The translations under genes and the position numbers were made by a program. From a virus (Duplodnaviria; Caudoviricetes): DNA of 64,000 bases. Below, piece after piece: positions 9,688 to 19,906 of this stretch (position 1 is the first letter of the stretch; each line of letters begins with the position of its first letter). Location of the stretch: IMG/VR virus record IMGVR_UViG_3300024346_000003, one strand, 5' to 3'. Below the pieces are notes generated by a model that searched no databases, was not told where the DNA came from, and worked only from the letters and a program-made list of their open reading frames with translations.

Positions 9688-10314
9688 ATGGAAAAAATAC
9701 CTAAAGAAATACTTGATGCTATGAAAATAAATACTCAAGATGCAATAGCGTTTAATGGTTATTATAAATCTACTGATTTTACACCTAAACGAAAAAAGAA
9801 ATTAACAATTAAGAATAAATTTAAAAATTTACTTAAGAAGTTTACTAACAAAGTGAAAAAATCAAAACTATTAATTACAATTAAGAATTGGTATCGTAAA
9901 ACATTTACTGAACCTATTAGAGTTAAAAAAGCTAAAATAGAAGAAGAAAAATATATTAAAGAATTAAAAGCCAATTTTTCGAAAAAATTTAATGTTAATA
10001 TTGAAAAAACAATTTCAATAATGAATAGTCCAGGATATAGTCCACCAAACATTGATAATAATCAATTATTAATTGAAAATCGTTTAGATATTAATAAAAG
10101 AAAATCAATGTATAAATTTGCACCATTTATTTATGATGTTGATATTGTTGATATACATAATGAAAATATTAACCCTGAATACCCATCCATCAATGAGTTA
10201 ACAACCAGTGGGGATACTGAATCTTTAAATTTACTGGATAAACAACTTGAGTTTTTCAATAAACGACCACACTTAACAGTTGGTGGTAGAAAAAGAAGTG
10301 GTAAATTGTATTAA
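9688..10314 (+). CDS. Hypothetical basic protein
   Basis: 208 aa, Lys-rich N-half. Confidence 0.65.
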   Translation: MEKIPKEILDAMKINTQDAIAFNGYYKSTDFTPKRKKKLTIKNKFKNLLKKFTNKVKKSKLLITIKNWYRKTFTEPIRVKKAKIEEEKYIKELKANFSKKFNVNIEKTISIMNSPGYSPPNIDNNQLLIENRLDINKRKSMYKFAPFIYDVDIVDIHNENINPEYPSINELTTSGDTESLNLLDKQLEFFNKRPHLTVGGRKRSGKLY

Positions 10315-10319
10315 AATAG

Positions 10320-10350
10320 TGGTTTTTAATTAAAATATATTATATATTTG
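10320..10350 (+). promoter_or_regulatory. Bacteroidota-type primary-sigma promoter
   Basis: TGGTTT-N17-TATATTTG (TAnnTTTG -7 box) 32 nt before ATG 10383. Confidence 0.65.
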
Positions 10351-10382
10351 CACCATAACAATTATATTAAAATATTTTATTT

Positions 10383-10940
10383 ATGTCTTTGACTAAAGAA
10401 AGAATCCTTAAAAACGCAAAGAAATTTAATGAAACTGGTATTAAACACGGTTTTATTAATGATGAATTAATGAACCTATTAGGTCCAGAATTTATCGGAG
10501 CACCAGCTTGTAGCACAACTAACTTATACAACGCATTTGAAGGTGGATTAATACTTCACATTTTAAATACCACTAAATACGCTGTGTCTATTAATGAAAT
10601 GTTATCAGCTGAAAAGCAAGTACCAGCAGCATCACTAATTAAAGTTTGCTTTTTGCACCAAATTGGTAAAGCAAAAATGTTTGTAGAACAAAAATCACAA
10701 TGGCACCGAGATAATAAAGGTGAAATGTTTATCTTTAATGATGAATTATTAAGTATGACAGTTAGTGAACGTTCAGTTTATTACGCAATGTCATCTGGTA
10801 TTACATTGACTGAAGATGAAGTATTCGCTATGTACAATTATAATGATGATTTTTCAGGTAGACCCATGACAACTATTGGTGAGAAATTAGCTGCAATTGT
10901 TAGAATTGCAAATCAACTATCAGTTATTGAGGAAAAATAA
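10383..10940 (+). CDS. HD-domain-like protein (degenerate HQ motif)
   Basis: PAC...[10 protein letters not shown]...CFLHQIGK where HD hydrolases have HDxGK. Confidence 0.6.
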   Translation: MSLTKERILKNAKKFNETGIKHGFINDELMNLLGPEFIGAPACSTTNLYNAFEGGLILHILNTTKYAVSINEMLSAEKQVPAASLIKVCFLHQIGKAKMFVEQKSQWHRDNKGEMFIFNDELLSMTVSERSVYYAMSSGITLTEDEVFAMYNYNDDFSGRPMTTIGEKLAAIVRIANQLSVIEEK

Positions 10941-10941
10941 T

Positions 10942-11514
10942 ATGGACAATAGAGTAAACGAATTATCAGACAAGTTATTTAAAGCTATTGACCCAAATAA
11001 CCCATACTCCTATGATGAATTCATTCACGAATATGGTAATGGGTATCAAGAATCAAATGACTCACCAACTTTTCTAATAAATTTAAATTTTGTTAATAAC
11101 TCTGAAAATGCAGACCCAGAATATGCAACCGAAGGTTCATCTGGGTTTGATTTAAGAGCATCAGCTTCTGTAAAAATTTTACCTGGTTGTTATGAAACAG
11201 TACCAACTGGTTTATTTTTTGAAATACCACCTAATTTTGAAATTCAAGTCAGACCAAGAAGTGGTTTAGCTGCAAAGAATGGTGTAACAGTTTTAAATAC
11301 ACCAGGAACTATTGATTCAGATTATAGAGGTGAAATCAAAGTGATATTAATTAATCATGGTAAAAAAGTATTCCAAATAGAAATGGGTGATAGAATTGCA
11401 CAAGGTGTAATCGCACAAACATCAACATCATATATCAAGTTAAACAAAGTTTCAAAAATATCTGACGATACAGAAAGAAGTTCAGGTGGTTTTGGTAGTA
11501 CAGGTATTAAATAA
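10942..11514 (+). CDS. dut: dUTP diphosphatase
   Basis: [51 protein letters not shown]; start moved from 10897 to ATG 10942 after upstream stop. Confidence 0.95.
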   Translation: MDNRVNELSDKLFKAIDPNNPYSYDEFIHEYGNGYQESNDSPTFLINLNFVNNSENADPEYATEGSSGFDLRASASVKILPGCYETVPTGLFFEIPPNFEIQVRPRSGLAAKNGVTVLNTPGTIDSDYRGEIKVILINHGKKVFQIEMGDRIAQGVIAQTSTSYIKLNKVSKISDDTERSSGGFGSTGIK

Positions 11515-11529
11515 AAAAATAAAATAATT

Positions 11530-12591
11530 ATGAGTCAATTTATTGGGGATAAAGACATTAAAGTAGATTTTAATGATATATTAATTACACCAGCAATTAT
11601 AACTGATATTAGTAGTAGAAGTGAAATAAACCCATTCCATTCGAATGGGCTTTTACCACTATTTACAGCACCAATGGATACTGTAGTTGATGAAAGTAAT
11701 GCCGACTTGTTTATGAGTCACAAACTAAATATTTGCTTACCTAGAGGTGAAAATCGAACACAACATAGTATGTTCCAAGCATACTCACTTAAACAATTTA
11801 CAGAAAAGTTTATACTTGATGATTTAGCTGACGTTCTTATTGAACCAATTTATGTTTTAATAGATACAGCAAATGGTCATATTCTCGAATTAGTTGAAAC
11901 GACTAGAATAGCAAAAGAGAGATACGGAAATATGATGATACTAATGGTTGGTAATATTGCAAATCCAGATACATACAAAGTATTATCTAATGCTGGTGCT
12001 GACTATATTCGAGTTGGTATTGGAAATGGAAACGGGTGCTTAACCACACAACAGTTAGGTATCGGATACCCAATGGCTTCATTAGTTAGAGAATGTTATT
12101 ATGCTTCATTATCACTAGAAAAACCAGCTAAAATTGTTGCAGATGGTGGTATGAAAGATTATTCAGACATTATCAAAGCATTGGCTTTAGGTGCTAACTA
12201 TGTAATGCTTGGTAGTATCTTAAACAAGTGTGCTGAGTCATGCGGACAAAGCTTTTTGAAGGATAATGGTCGCCCAGTACCCATTAGTAATTTAGAAGCG
12301 GTAAATCACTTTAAAAGAGGTGATTTAGGTGAAGCTACCATTATTAAAGAATTTCGTGGTATGTCAACCAAAGAAGTACAAAGAAAATGGGGTAATGAAA
12401 CATTAAAAACATCTGAAGGTGTTGTTAGACATAGACCAGTTGAATACACTCTTGAACAATGGGTTGATAATTTCGAATCTTATTTACGTTCAGCAATGAG
12501 TTATGTTGGCGCAAGAACACTTGAGGAGTTTGTAGCAAATTCAGAATTTATAAATATAACAAATAATTCATATAATCGATTTAAAAAATGA
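11530..12591 (+). CDS. guaC: GMP reductase (IMPDH/GMPR family)
   Basis: TAPMDTV, MVGNIA, RVGIGNGNGCLT, IVADGG, ALGANYVMLG, FRGMS, TSEG; no CBS domain and no IMPDH flap RY dyad visible. Confidence 0.75.
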   Translation: MSQFIGDKDIKVDFNDILITPAIITDISSRSEINPFHSNGLLPLFTAPMDTVVDESNADLFMSHKLNICLPRGENRTQHSMFQAYSLKQFTEKFILDDLADVLIEPIYVLIDTANGHILELVETTRIAKERYGNMMILMVGNIANPDTYKVLSNAGADYIRVGIGNGNGCLTTQQLGIGYPMASLVRECYYASLSLEKPAKIVADGGMKDYSDIIKALALGANYVMLGSILNKCAESCGQSFLKDNGRPVPISNLEAVNHFKRGDLGEATIIKEFRGMSTKEVQRKWGNETLKTSEGVVRHRPVEYTLEQWVDNFESYLRSAMSYVGARTLEEFVANSEFINITNNSYNRFKK

Positions 12592-13703
12592 TAAGTATAG
12601 TATATTGTACCAGAGAAGGTAATAAAAAACACTACGAACACCTAACAAAAGTTGCTGGTAACCCAAAAGTTGAGGTAATTGAGTATATAAATAATGGTGA
12701 AAGTTTAACTAAGTTTTATAATAAAGCTTTAAAAGAAACTAAAAATGATATAGTCGTGTTTGTACATGATGATGTTATTATTGAGACTAAACAATTGGTC
12801 AATAAAATTAATAGAATATTTGACAAAAATCCTGAGTATGGTATTGTTGGTATTGCTGGTACGAAATATTTATCAGAATCTGGCAGATGGTGGGATAACC
12901 CAAAAAATATGTATGGTAGAGTAGCACATACTCACGAAGGTAAAACTTGGTTGTCAGAATATAGTGCAGACCAAGACAGAAGACTAGAGGAAACAATTAT
13001 TGTTGACGGAGTATTTTTTGCGGTTCATAAAGGTAGAATTAAAAAACAATTTGATGAATCAGTTGAAGGTTTCCATTTCTACGATGTTGATTTTTGTTTT
13101 CAGAATCATTTAGAAGGTATTAAGATTGGTGTTACAACTGAGATTAGAGTGAATCATATGTCTATCGGAATGACAAATGAAAAATGGGAAGCTAATAGGG
13201 TTATATTTTCTGAAAAATATAAAGATAATTTACCAGTTAGAATTGATGAAACTTTTGAAAATAGAAAAATGAAAATCATGATTACATCAACTAATGAGGG
13301 TGATGACTTAATCAATAAAGCTAAATTAATTAAATCATTAATTGATTTAAATTGTGATGTAACATTAGTTGCCAATCTAGAACCAAAAGATTTTATTATT
13401 GCAAAACAAAGTGGTGCTAAATTAGCCTCATTATCTGAACCACCTGGATTCAGGTCTGGTGATGGTCAGTTCTCAATAAATACTGAGAATGGTCCAATGT
13501 TATCTGAGGTTGGTAAAATGTATAAATTGGGTATGGTACCATACGATATAATATATGTTGATAATGAACAAATCTTTAAAGCATATGGTAAAATGTATGA
13601 CGAATGTAAAATTGTTGACATAGAATCTAAAGAATATTATTTGTGTGATAAAACACCAGAAGGGTATAAAGAATTTTTTGTTAAAATGTTTAATCATGAA
13701 TAA
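12588..13703 (+). CDS. GT-A (GT2-like) glycosyltransferase
   Basis: LTKFYNKAL..DIVVFVHDDV..GIVGIAG..VDGVFFAV..FHFYDVDFC. Confidence 0.85.
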   Translation: MISIVYCTREGNKKHYEHLTKVAGNPKVEVIEYINNGESLTKFYNKALKETKNDIVVFVHDDVIIETKQLVNKINRIFDKNPEYGIVGIAGTKYLSESGRWWDNPKNMYGRVAHTHEGKTWLSEYSADQDRRLEETIIVDGVFFAVHKGRIKKQFDESVEGFHFYDVDFCFQNHLEGIKIGVTTEIRVNHMSIGMTNEKWEANRVIFSEKYKDNLPVRIDETFENRKMKIMITSTNEGDDLINKAKLIKSLIDLNCDVTLVANLEPKDFIIAKQSGAKLASLSEPPGFRSGDGQFSINTENGPMLSEVGKMYKLGMVPYDIIYVDNEQIFKAYGKMYDECKIVDIESKEYYLCDKTPEGYKEFFVKMFNHE

Positions 13704-14337
13704 CCCATTAATTAATATTTTAACTAGAACATCTAATAGACCTAATGCTTTTTATTTAAATAAAAGCACAGTTAGAAGTCAGAGTTATAAAAATATAAGA
13801 CATATAGTTTCAGTAGATGATGAGTTTACTGAAGCTTATGTTAAAACCTATTCGGATGTAGATTATATTACTATCAATAAAAATAGTATAATTAACGATG
13901 ATAATTCAATCAACCCTAATACTGGAAAATACTCACCACATAATCTATATTTTAACCCATTAATGCGTGAGGTAAAAGAGGGTTGGATTATGATTCTTGA
14001 TGATGATGATAGATTTTCAAACGGAAACTCATTAGAAACTATTGTAAACTCAATTAAAGATGAGGATACTATGGTAATCTGGCAGATGAGATTTCCAAAT
14101 GGTATGGCACTACCACCAACAAATTTAATTAATGAACCACCAAAATTAGGAACAATCGGTTCTCCATGCATATTATTTCACTCAAAGTATCTTGGTGATA
14201 CTAAATGGGATGGGTGGAAATGTGGTGATTTTAGGTTTATTAATTCCATTTATAATAAAGTACCGAATAAAGTAACTATTCCAGAAATGTTAGTTACTAT
14301 CGGTCAAATCGGTGACGGAAATAGAAGTGATTTATGA
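13696..14337 (+). CDS. GT2 glycosyltransferase
   Basis: INILTRTSNRP..HIVSVDD..WIMILDDDD..CGDFRF; start likely ATG 13696. Confidence 0.8.
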   Translation: MNNPLINILTRTSNRPNAFYLNKSTVRSQSYKNIRHIVSVDDEFTEAYVKTYSDVDYITINKNSIINDDNSINPNTGKYSPHNLYFNPLMREVKEGWIMILDDDDRFSNGNSLETIVNSIKDEDTMVIWQMRFPNGMALPPTNLINEPPKLGTIGSPCILFHSKYLGDTKWDGWKCGDFRFINSIYNKVPNKVTIPEMLVTIGQIGDGNRSDL

Positions 14338-15068
14338 TATCAGTTATTTTAAATGTTTATAAAAGACCATATAGTCTTGAAGAACAGATTAGGTCCATAT
14401 TAAATCAATCAATAAAAATTGAACCAGAAAATATACATGTTTGGTATAATACACCAGAAGATAAAACTATAATTCAAAATTTACCAAGTGATTTAAAAAT
14501 AAAAACATACCAATGTAACCATAATACTAAATTTTTTGGTAGATTTACATTACCATTATTATGTAAAACAAAATACGTTGCAATGTTTGATGATGACATA
14601 ATCTGCGGTAAAGATTGGTTCAAAAACTGTTTAGAAACTATAGAAAAAGAAGATGCTATTTTAGGTGGTAGTGGTGTACTTTTACACGGTAATCAATATC
14701 AACCGAATAGTAAAGTTGGTTGGAATGGTGTAAAAAGTTCTGAATCAATAGAAGTAGATTTAGTAGGGCACGCCTGGTTCTTTAAACAAGAATATGCAAA
14801 ATTTATGTGGTTGGAACAACCACCATCATGGGATAATGGTGAAGATATGTTTTTCTCATATGTTGCACAAAAGTACAATATAAAAACTATTGTACCACCA
14901 CATCCAGAAAATAATCAAGAACTATGGTCAAATGTACCAGGTCGTGATAGAAATATGGGAAATGATGCGGCAGCTTCTTGGATACATAATAAAGACCACA
15001 TGACACTTAGAAATAGTATTGCAACTACATTAATAAATAAAGGTTGGAAAATTGTAAAAATTAAGTAA
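14334..15068 (+). CDS. GT2 glycosyltransferase, paralogue A
   Basis: ISVILNVYKRP..YVAMFDDDI..NGEDMFFS. Confidence 0.85.
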   Translation: MISVILNVYKRPYSLEEQIRSILNQSIKIEPENIHVWYNTPEDKTIIQNLPSDLKIKTYQCNHNTKFFGRFTLPLLCKTKYVAMFDDDIICGKDWFKNCLETIEKEDAILGGSGVLLHGNQYQPNSKVGWNGVKSSESIEVDLVGHAWFFKQEYAKFMWLEQPPSWDNGEDMFFSYVAQKYNIKTIVPPHPENNQELWSNVPGRDRNMGNDAAASWIHNKDHMTLRNSIATTLINKGWKIVKIK

Positions 15069-15105
15069 TAGTGTTAGATATTTATATAAAAAATTAAAAC
15101 TTATT

Positions 15106-15852
15106 ATGAACACCAAAATTAAATTATGTTTATTTACAGTAACATATAAACGGCCAGAATTAACTGAATATGTTTTAAACTACTATAAAAACATAAAAGT
15201 TGAAATAGAAGACCTATGCGATTTAAAAATGATTTGTATTGGTTCTGATGGTGAGATTGGTAAAACAATAGCAGAAAAACATGGGTTTGAATATATTGAA
15301 TATAAAAATAACCCAGTATCTCAAAAACACAATTTTGGTGCTCAATCATGTAAAAAATATAACCCAGATGGTGTAATATATGTTGGTTCAGATGACATAA
15401 TGAGCATTGAATTTTTTAAACATTATATAGGTTTAATAAAAAATGGTTTTGATTTTTGTGGTGTAACTGATATCTATTTTTTAACAAAAGACAGGTTGGG
15501 TTACTGGAATGGATACCCAAAAAATAGTACCCGTTTTGGTGAACCAATAGGCCCTGGAAAATTATATAGTAAATCATTAATGGAAAAATTAAATTGGAGA
15601 CCATGGGGTGATGAAAATTGGGATAGAAAGTTAGATACATTAGTTACAAAAAATTTATCAAAATTAACATATAAAGGTTCAACCGTAACATGTGAAAAAT
15701 TAAAGGGTTATTTTATTGACATCAAAACAAATATAAATATCAGTGATATTAATGATTTTATTTATGATAAAGAATTTGGTATTGATTATATTAATCAATT
15801 AAATATTGATTATTATAAAATAAAAGATATATTAATAACAAAAAAGAAGTAA
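15106..15852 (+). CDS. GT-A-like glycosyltransferase
   Basis: FTVTYKRPE..SQKHNFG..VIYVGSDDIM. Confidence 0.65.
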   Translation: MNTKIKLCLFTVTYKRPELTEYVLNYYKNIKVEIEDLCDLKMICIGSDGEIGKTIAEKHGFEYIEYKNNPVSQKHNFGAQSCKKYNPDGVIYVGSDDIMSIEFFKHYIGLIKNGFDFCGVTDIYFLTKDRLGYWNGYPKNSTRFGEPIGPGKLYSKSLMEKLNWRPWGDENWDRKLDTLVTKNLSKLTYKGSTVTCEKLKGYFIDIKTNINISDINDFIYDKEFGIDYINQLNIDYYKIKDILITKKK

Positions 15853-15853
15853 T

Positions 15854-16594
15854 ATGGGTGAAGTTTCAGTAATATTAAATGTATATAAAAGACCTTATAG
15901 TTTAGAAAAACAAATTGAGGCGATAAAAAAACAAACAGTAAAAGTAGATAGTTTAGATATCCACATATGGTTTAATAACCCAGAAGACGCTAAAGTCATA
16001 CAAAAACTACCAATAGATAAAAATATTAAAACTTATGTGTGTAATTATAATACTAAATTTTTCGGTAGATTTACATTACCATTATTATGTAAAACAAAAT
16101 ATGTTGCAATGTTTGATGATGATATTATACCAGGTGAAAAATGGTTAGAGAATTGTATTAATTCAATTCGAATTCAAGATGGTATATATGGTGGTAGTGG
16201 AATATTATTACATAGTGATGCTTATCTACCTCACACAAAGATTGGGTGGAACCAAGTAAATAATGATAAAATAACTGAAGTAGATTTAGTGGGACATGCC
16301 TGGTTCTTTAAACAAGAATATGCAAAATTTATGTGGTTGGAACAACCACCATCATGGGATAATGGTGAAGATATGTTTTTCTCATATGTTGCAAAAAAAA
16401 ATAATATAAAAACATTCGTCCCACCACACCCAAAAAACAATGTGAGCTTGTGGAGTAATAATCCAAAATTAGATAATAATATGGGTAGAGATGCAAATGC
16501 ACATTCATTAGCCAACCCTAACCATGTACAACAAAGGAATAATATAGTTAAAGCATTAATAAATAGAGGATGGAAACGAGTAGAATCAAAATAG
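15854..16594 (+). CDS. GT2 glycosyltransferase, paralogue B
   Basis: Closely similar to 14334-15068, sharing an identical 96-bp block. Confidence 0.85.
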   Translation: MGEVSVILNVYKRPYSLEKQIEAIKKQTVKVDSLDIHIWFNNPEDAKVIQKLPIDKNIKTYVCNYNTKFFGRFTLPLLCKTKYVAMFDDDIIPGEKWLENCINSIRIQDGIYGGSGILLHSDAYLPHTKIGWNQVNNDKITEVDLVGHAWFFKQEYAKFMWLEQPPSWDNGEDMFFSYVAKKNNIKTFVPPHPKNNVSLWSNNPKLDNNMGRDANAHSLANPNHVQQRNNIVKALINRGWKRVESK

Positions 16595-17316
16595 AAGATT
16601 TAAAAATCATGATACCAACTTGTGATAATTATATACATTTACTAGAAGGGTTGATGTATACTACCAGAAAATTTTGGTTATTAAAAAATCAATTTATAAT
16701 TCTTGGGTATAAAGAACCTAAATTTAAATTAGATGATAATTGGTCCTTTGTTAGTCTAGGTGTTGATAAAGGACCTTCAGAATGGTCAAACGATTTATTA
16801 ACGTTTTTTAATGACTTTAAAGATGAGTATTTCATTAATATGATTGATGATACGTTAATGACCAGGTTAAGTGATATAAAAAAAATTGAACTTGTTTTTA
16901 ACTATATGCAATCTAACAAATTAGTTAAAAAAGTTTTTTTACATGGTTCATTAACATCTGGCAATAAAAGCTTATACGGACCTATAGTATTAACACCAGT
17001 ACTAAATTTAAATTCAGAATTTTACGATGTGAATCAAGTATCAAATTATAGGAGTAGTTTACAATCTGCAATTTGGTATAAAGATTATTTTTTAAAACTA
17101 TTAAAACCAAATATGACACCATGGAGTTTCGAATTACAACATGCTAAAAATGACGGTGCTAGGATTTTAACAACTAAAGAAAATCACCCAACAATGTATT
17201 CACATTTATATAGAAAGGGAAATCAATTAATTGGACAGTGGTATAAATCTGTTTTCGAGGAAAGTCAATTAAGTGATAATGATATAACAATATTAAAAGA
17301 AATGTTAAAATTATAA
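16570..17316 (+). CDS. Glycosyltransferase-like protein
   Basis: IMIPTCDNY..WSNDL..FINMIDD..SLQSAIW..PWSFE; inside sugar island. Confidence 0.6.
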   Translation: METSRIKIEDLKIMIPTCDNYIHLLEGLMYTTRKFWLLKNQFIILGYKEPKFKLDDNWSFVSLGVDKGPSEWSNDLLTFFNDFKDEYFINMIDDTLMTRLSDIKKIELVFNYMQSNKLVKKVFLHGSLTSGNKSLYGPIVLTPVLNLNSEFYDVNQVSNYRSSLQSAIWYKDYFLKLLKPNMTPWSFELQHAKNDGARILTTKENHPTMYSHLYRKGNQLIGQWYKSVFEESQLSDNDITILKEMLKL

Positions 17317-17318
17317 TT

Positions 17319-17735
17319 ATGGAATTTATATATTCTAAAATAGAACCTGAAAAATTATTACATATAATTAATAGGTTTGATGAAATATCTGGTAGACAAG
17401 AGGTAGTCCCAGAAAATAATTTCATACAATGTGCAACTCTAAAAATGGAAAAGGGTAAGACATTTAAACCACATAAACATATTGAGAAATCTAGGACTTA
17501 TGATAAACAAATTGCACAAGAAAGTTGGGTGATTATTAAAGGTTCTGTTAAATGTAAGTTTTACGATATTGATGACCAGTTAATTGCTGAACCAATATTA
17601 TATCCTGGTGATGCTAGTTACACATTGTACGGTGGTCACACATATGAAATATTAGAAGAAGATACTGTAGTTTATGAATATAAAACTGGACCATATGAAG
17701 GTCAAGCGTTAGATAAAACATTTTTACATGATTGA
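17319..17735 (+). CDS. WbuC-like cupin
   Basis: FKPHKH..AQESWVIIKG..GGHTYEILE..EYKTGPY. Confidence 0.8.
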   Translation: MEFIYSKIEPEKLLHIINRFDEISGRQEVVPENNFIQCATLKMEKGKTFKPHKHIEKSRTYDKQIAQESWVIIKGSVKCKFYDIDDQLIAEPILYPGDASYTLYGGHTYEILEEDTVVYEYKTGPYEGQALDKTFLHD

Positions 17736-18237
17736 TGTCTTTATACATAAAGATGTTGAATTTAAAATAGAACCACTATTTGGGAATCATATTGCCATCG
17801 ATAAAGGTGTTTATATAACAGTTCAAGCTAAAATAGGTGATTACACACATATAAGCCCATACGTCACAATAATTGGTGGTAAAGAAGGGTATTTCGAATG
17901 CCATGGCTTTAATAACATAATGTCTGGAGCTAGGATAATTTGTGGTTCCGATAGGTTTGATGATAGTGGGTTATTCGGGGCACTAATACCTAAAGAATAT
18001 AAAGGTAAACAAATAATAGAACCTATAATTATGGAAGAATTCTCAAATATTGGTTCTAACGCAATAGTACTACCAGGGTCAAGGCTCAGGAAGGGGGTAT
18101 TACTAAGTGCTGGTAGTTTATTAATTGGTGACACCGAAGAATGGGGGGTTTATAAGGGTAACCCAGCTGTTTTAGTTAAAAAAATAGATGGTAATAAAAT
18201 AATGACTTTATCTAAAAAATTAAAAAATGAATATTAG
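17728..18237 (+). CDS. Hexapeptide-repeat sugar acyltransferase
   Basis: IGDYTHISPYVTIIGG..NIGSNAIVLPG..WGVYKGNPA. Confidence 0.85.
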   Translation: MIDVFIHKDVEFKIEPLFGNHIAIDKGVYITVQAKIGDYTHISPYVTIIGGKEGYFECHGFNNIMSGARIICGSDRFDDSGLFGALIPKEYKGKQIIEPIIMEEFSNIGSNAIVLPGSRLRKGVLLSAGSLLIGDTEEWGVYKGNPAVLVKKIDGNKIMTLSKKLKNEY

Positions 18238-19108
18238 TGAATTTAGAAAAAATATAATTAATAAGGGTAGATGTACAAAACACGGTATAAGTGGTAATGT
18301 TAATATAAAAGTACATGGTTTTGGTGTTGGTGGTTGTTTTACTATTTTGTTTAACTGGTTAGCTTTATTTGGTGACGATGTTGATAATATATATGTCGAA
18401 GTGTCTGATGAATGGAAACAAACACTTGGAGTTAATAAAAATATTTTTGATTTAATCTTAGACCAAAAAAAATTACATAATGCAAATGAAATAACGATAT
18501 TTGGTCATCATTTAATTAATTTTAATGATGAAATATTAAACGATATAAGAAGTATAATAAATAAAAAAATAAAAATAAAACCAGAAATATTAAAAAAATT
18601 AGACGATTATTTATTATCTAATGATATTAAGGATATAAATTCCTTATGTGGTGTACATGTTAGGTTAACAGACATGGCAGAATATCATAAAGGTGTTTAT
18701 GGTAATATAAACTTCAGTACATATCTTAATGAAATGGAAAAATTAAATAATAATGTTAAATTTTTTATAGCATCTGATAATGCTGAAAGTATTGGTAAAT
18801 TAAAAAATAAATTTAAAAATAGAATACATTATATAGAAGGTATAGGTAGAGTCAATAAAGAAACTGAACATGGTGAAGTTGTCGTGTTAACCAATAATAA
18901 AAAAAAGTTCGAATTAGGTATAACTAGACTTAATAATGATGAAAAAATAATAAATGATTTTATCGATTTATTAGCATTATCTAAATGTAATAAAATTATA
19001 GGTATGAAATATAGTATATATAAAATAGCTGCCCTATTATTATCAAATACAATAACACAAAATAATAATATAGAATTACCATTAAACTTTAAATTAAAAA
19101 ATGAATAA
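18227..19108 (+). CDS. Fucosyltransferase-like (GT11/GT23/NodZ-type motifs)
   Basis: GVHVRLTD, FFIASDN, IDLLALSKC. Confidence 0.65.
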   Translation: MNISEFRKNIINKGRCTKHGISGNVNIKVHGFGVGGCFTILFNWLALFGDDVDNIYVEVSDEWKQTLGVNKNIFDLILDQKKLHNANEITIFGHHLINFNDEILNDIRSIINKKIKIKPEILKKLDDYLLSNDIKDINSLCGVHVRLTDMAEYHKGVYGNINFSTYLNEMEKLNNNVKFFIASDNAESIGKLKNKFKNRIHYIEGIGRVNKETEHGEVVVLTNNKKKFELGITRLNNDEKIINDFIDLLALSKCNKIIGMKYSIYKIAALLLSNTITQNNNIELPLNFKLKNE

Positions 19109-19859
19109 TAAATATAAATACAATAGTTGGCCTTTAGGTAAGGTACCTAAAGAATTACAAAGACCAGAACTTGATGAATTAAAAAATATTGGATACGAAT
19201 TCTCAGACCCAAGAGATGTAGTTGATATATTTGAAGAAAAAGTTGCAAAATTTGCTGGAAGTAAATATGCAGTATCAGTTGATTGCTGTTCACATGGTTT
19301 ATTCTTATCATTAAAATATTTAGAATCAATTGGGGAAACAATTCAAAATATTGATTCACTAAAATATAAATTTGGTGAAATAACAATACCAAGCAGAACA
19401 TATGTTTCAGCACCAATGCAAATAAATCAAGCTGGATATACTGTTAAATTTGAAGATGTGGAATGGAGTGGGTTATATCAATTGCAACCAACTAGGATTT
19501 GGGATGGTGCAGTTAGATGGACTAAAGATATGTATGTTGGTGATAACGCATTACAAATAGTGTCATTCCAGATTAAAAAACGAATACCTATAGGTAAGGG
19601 TGGTATAATTTTAACAGATGATGAAAAAGCATACGAATGGTTGAAATTAGCTAGATATGACGGTAGAGATATGTCTGTACCATATACTGATGATAAACAT
19701 ATTTTGATGATGGGTTATCATATGTATATGACACCAGAAGATGCTGCTAGAGGTATTATACTAATAGATGCTGTAAATAAGTATACTGAAGAACATGAAG
19801 ATTCTGGTGGTTATTTAAATTATACAAATATATCTGAATTAAAAGTTTTTAATAAATAA
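19101..19859 (+). CDS. DegT/DnrJ/EryC1/StrS PLP aminotransferase (short form)
   Basis: FEEKVAKFAGSKYAVSVDCCSHGL..SFQIKKRIPIGKGGIILTDD..GYHMYM. Confidence 0.85.
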   Translation: MNNKYKYNSWPLGKVPKELQRPELDELKNIGYEFSDPRDVVDIFEEKVAKFAGSKYAVSVDCCSHGLFLSLKYLESIGETIQNIDSLKYKFGEITIPSRTYVSAPMQINQAGYTVKFEDVEWSGLYQLQPTRIWDGAVRWTKDMYVGDNALQIVSFQIKKRIPIGKGGIILTDDEKAYEWLKLARYDGRDMSVPYTDDKHILMMGYHMYMTPEDAARGIILIDAVNKYTEEHEDSGGYLNYTNISELKVFNK

Positions 19860-19906
19860 TTAACCTTTACTTTTAATTAATAATTTTTAAATTAAATGAA
19901 AAAAAT

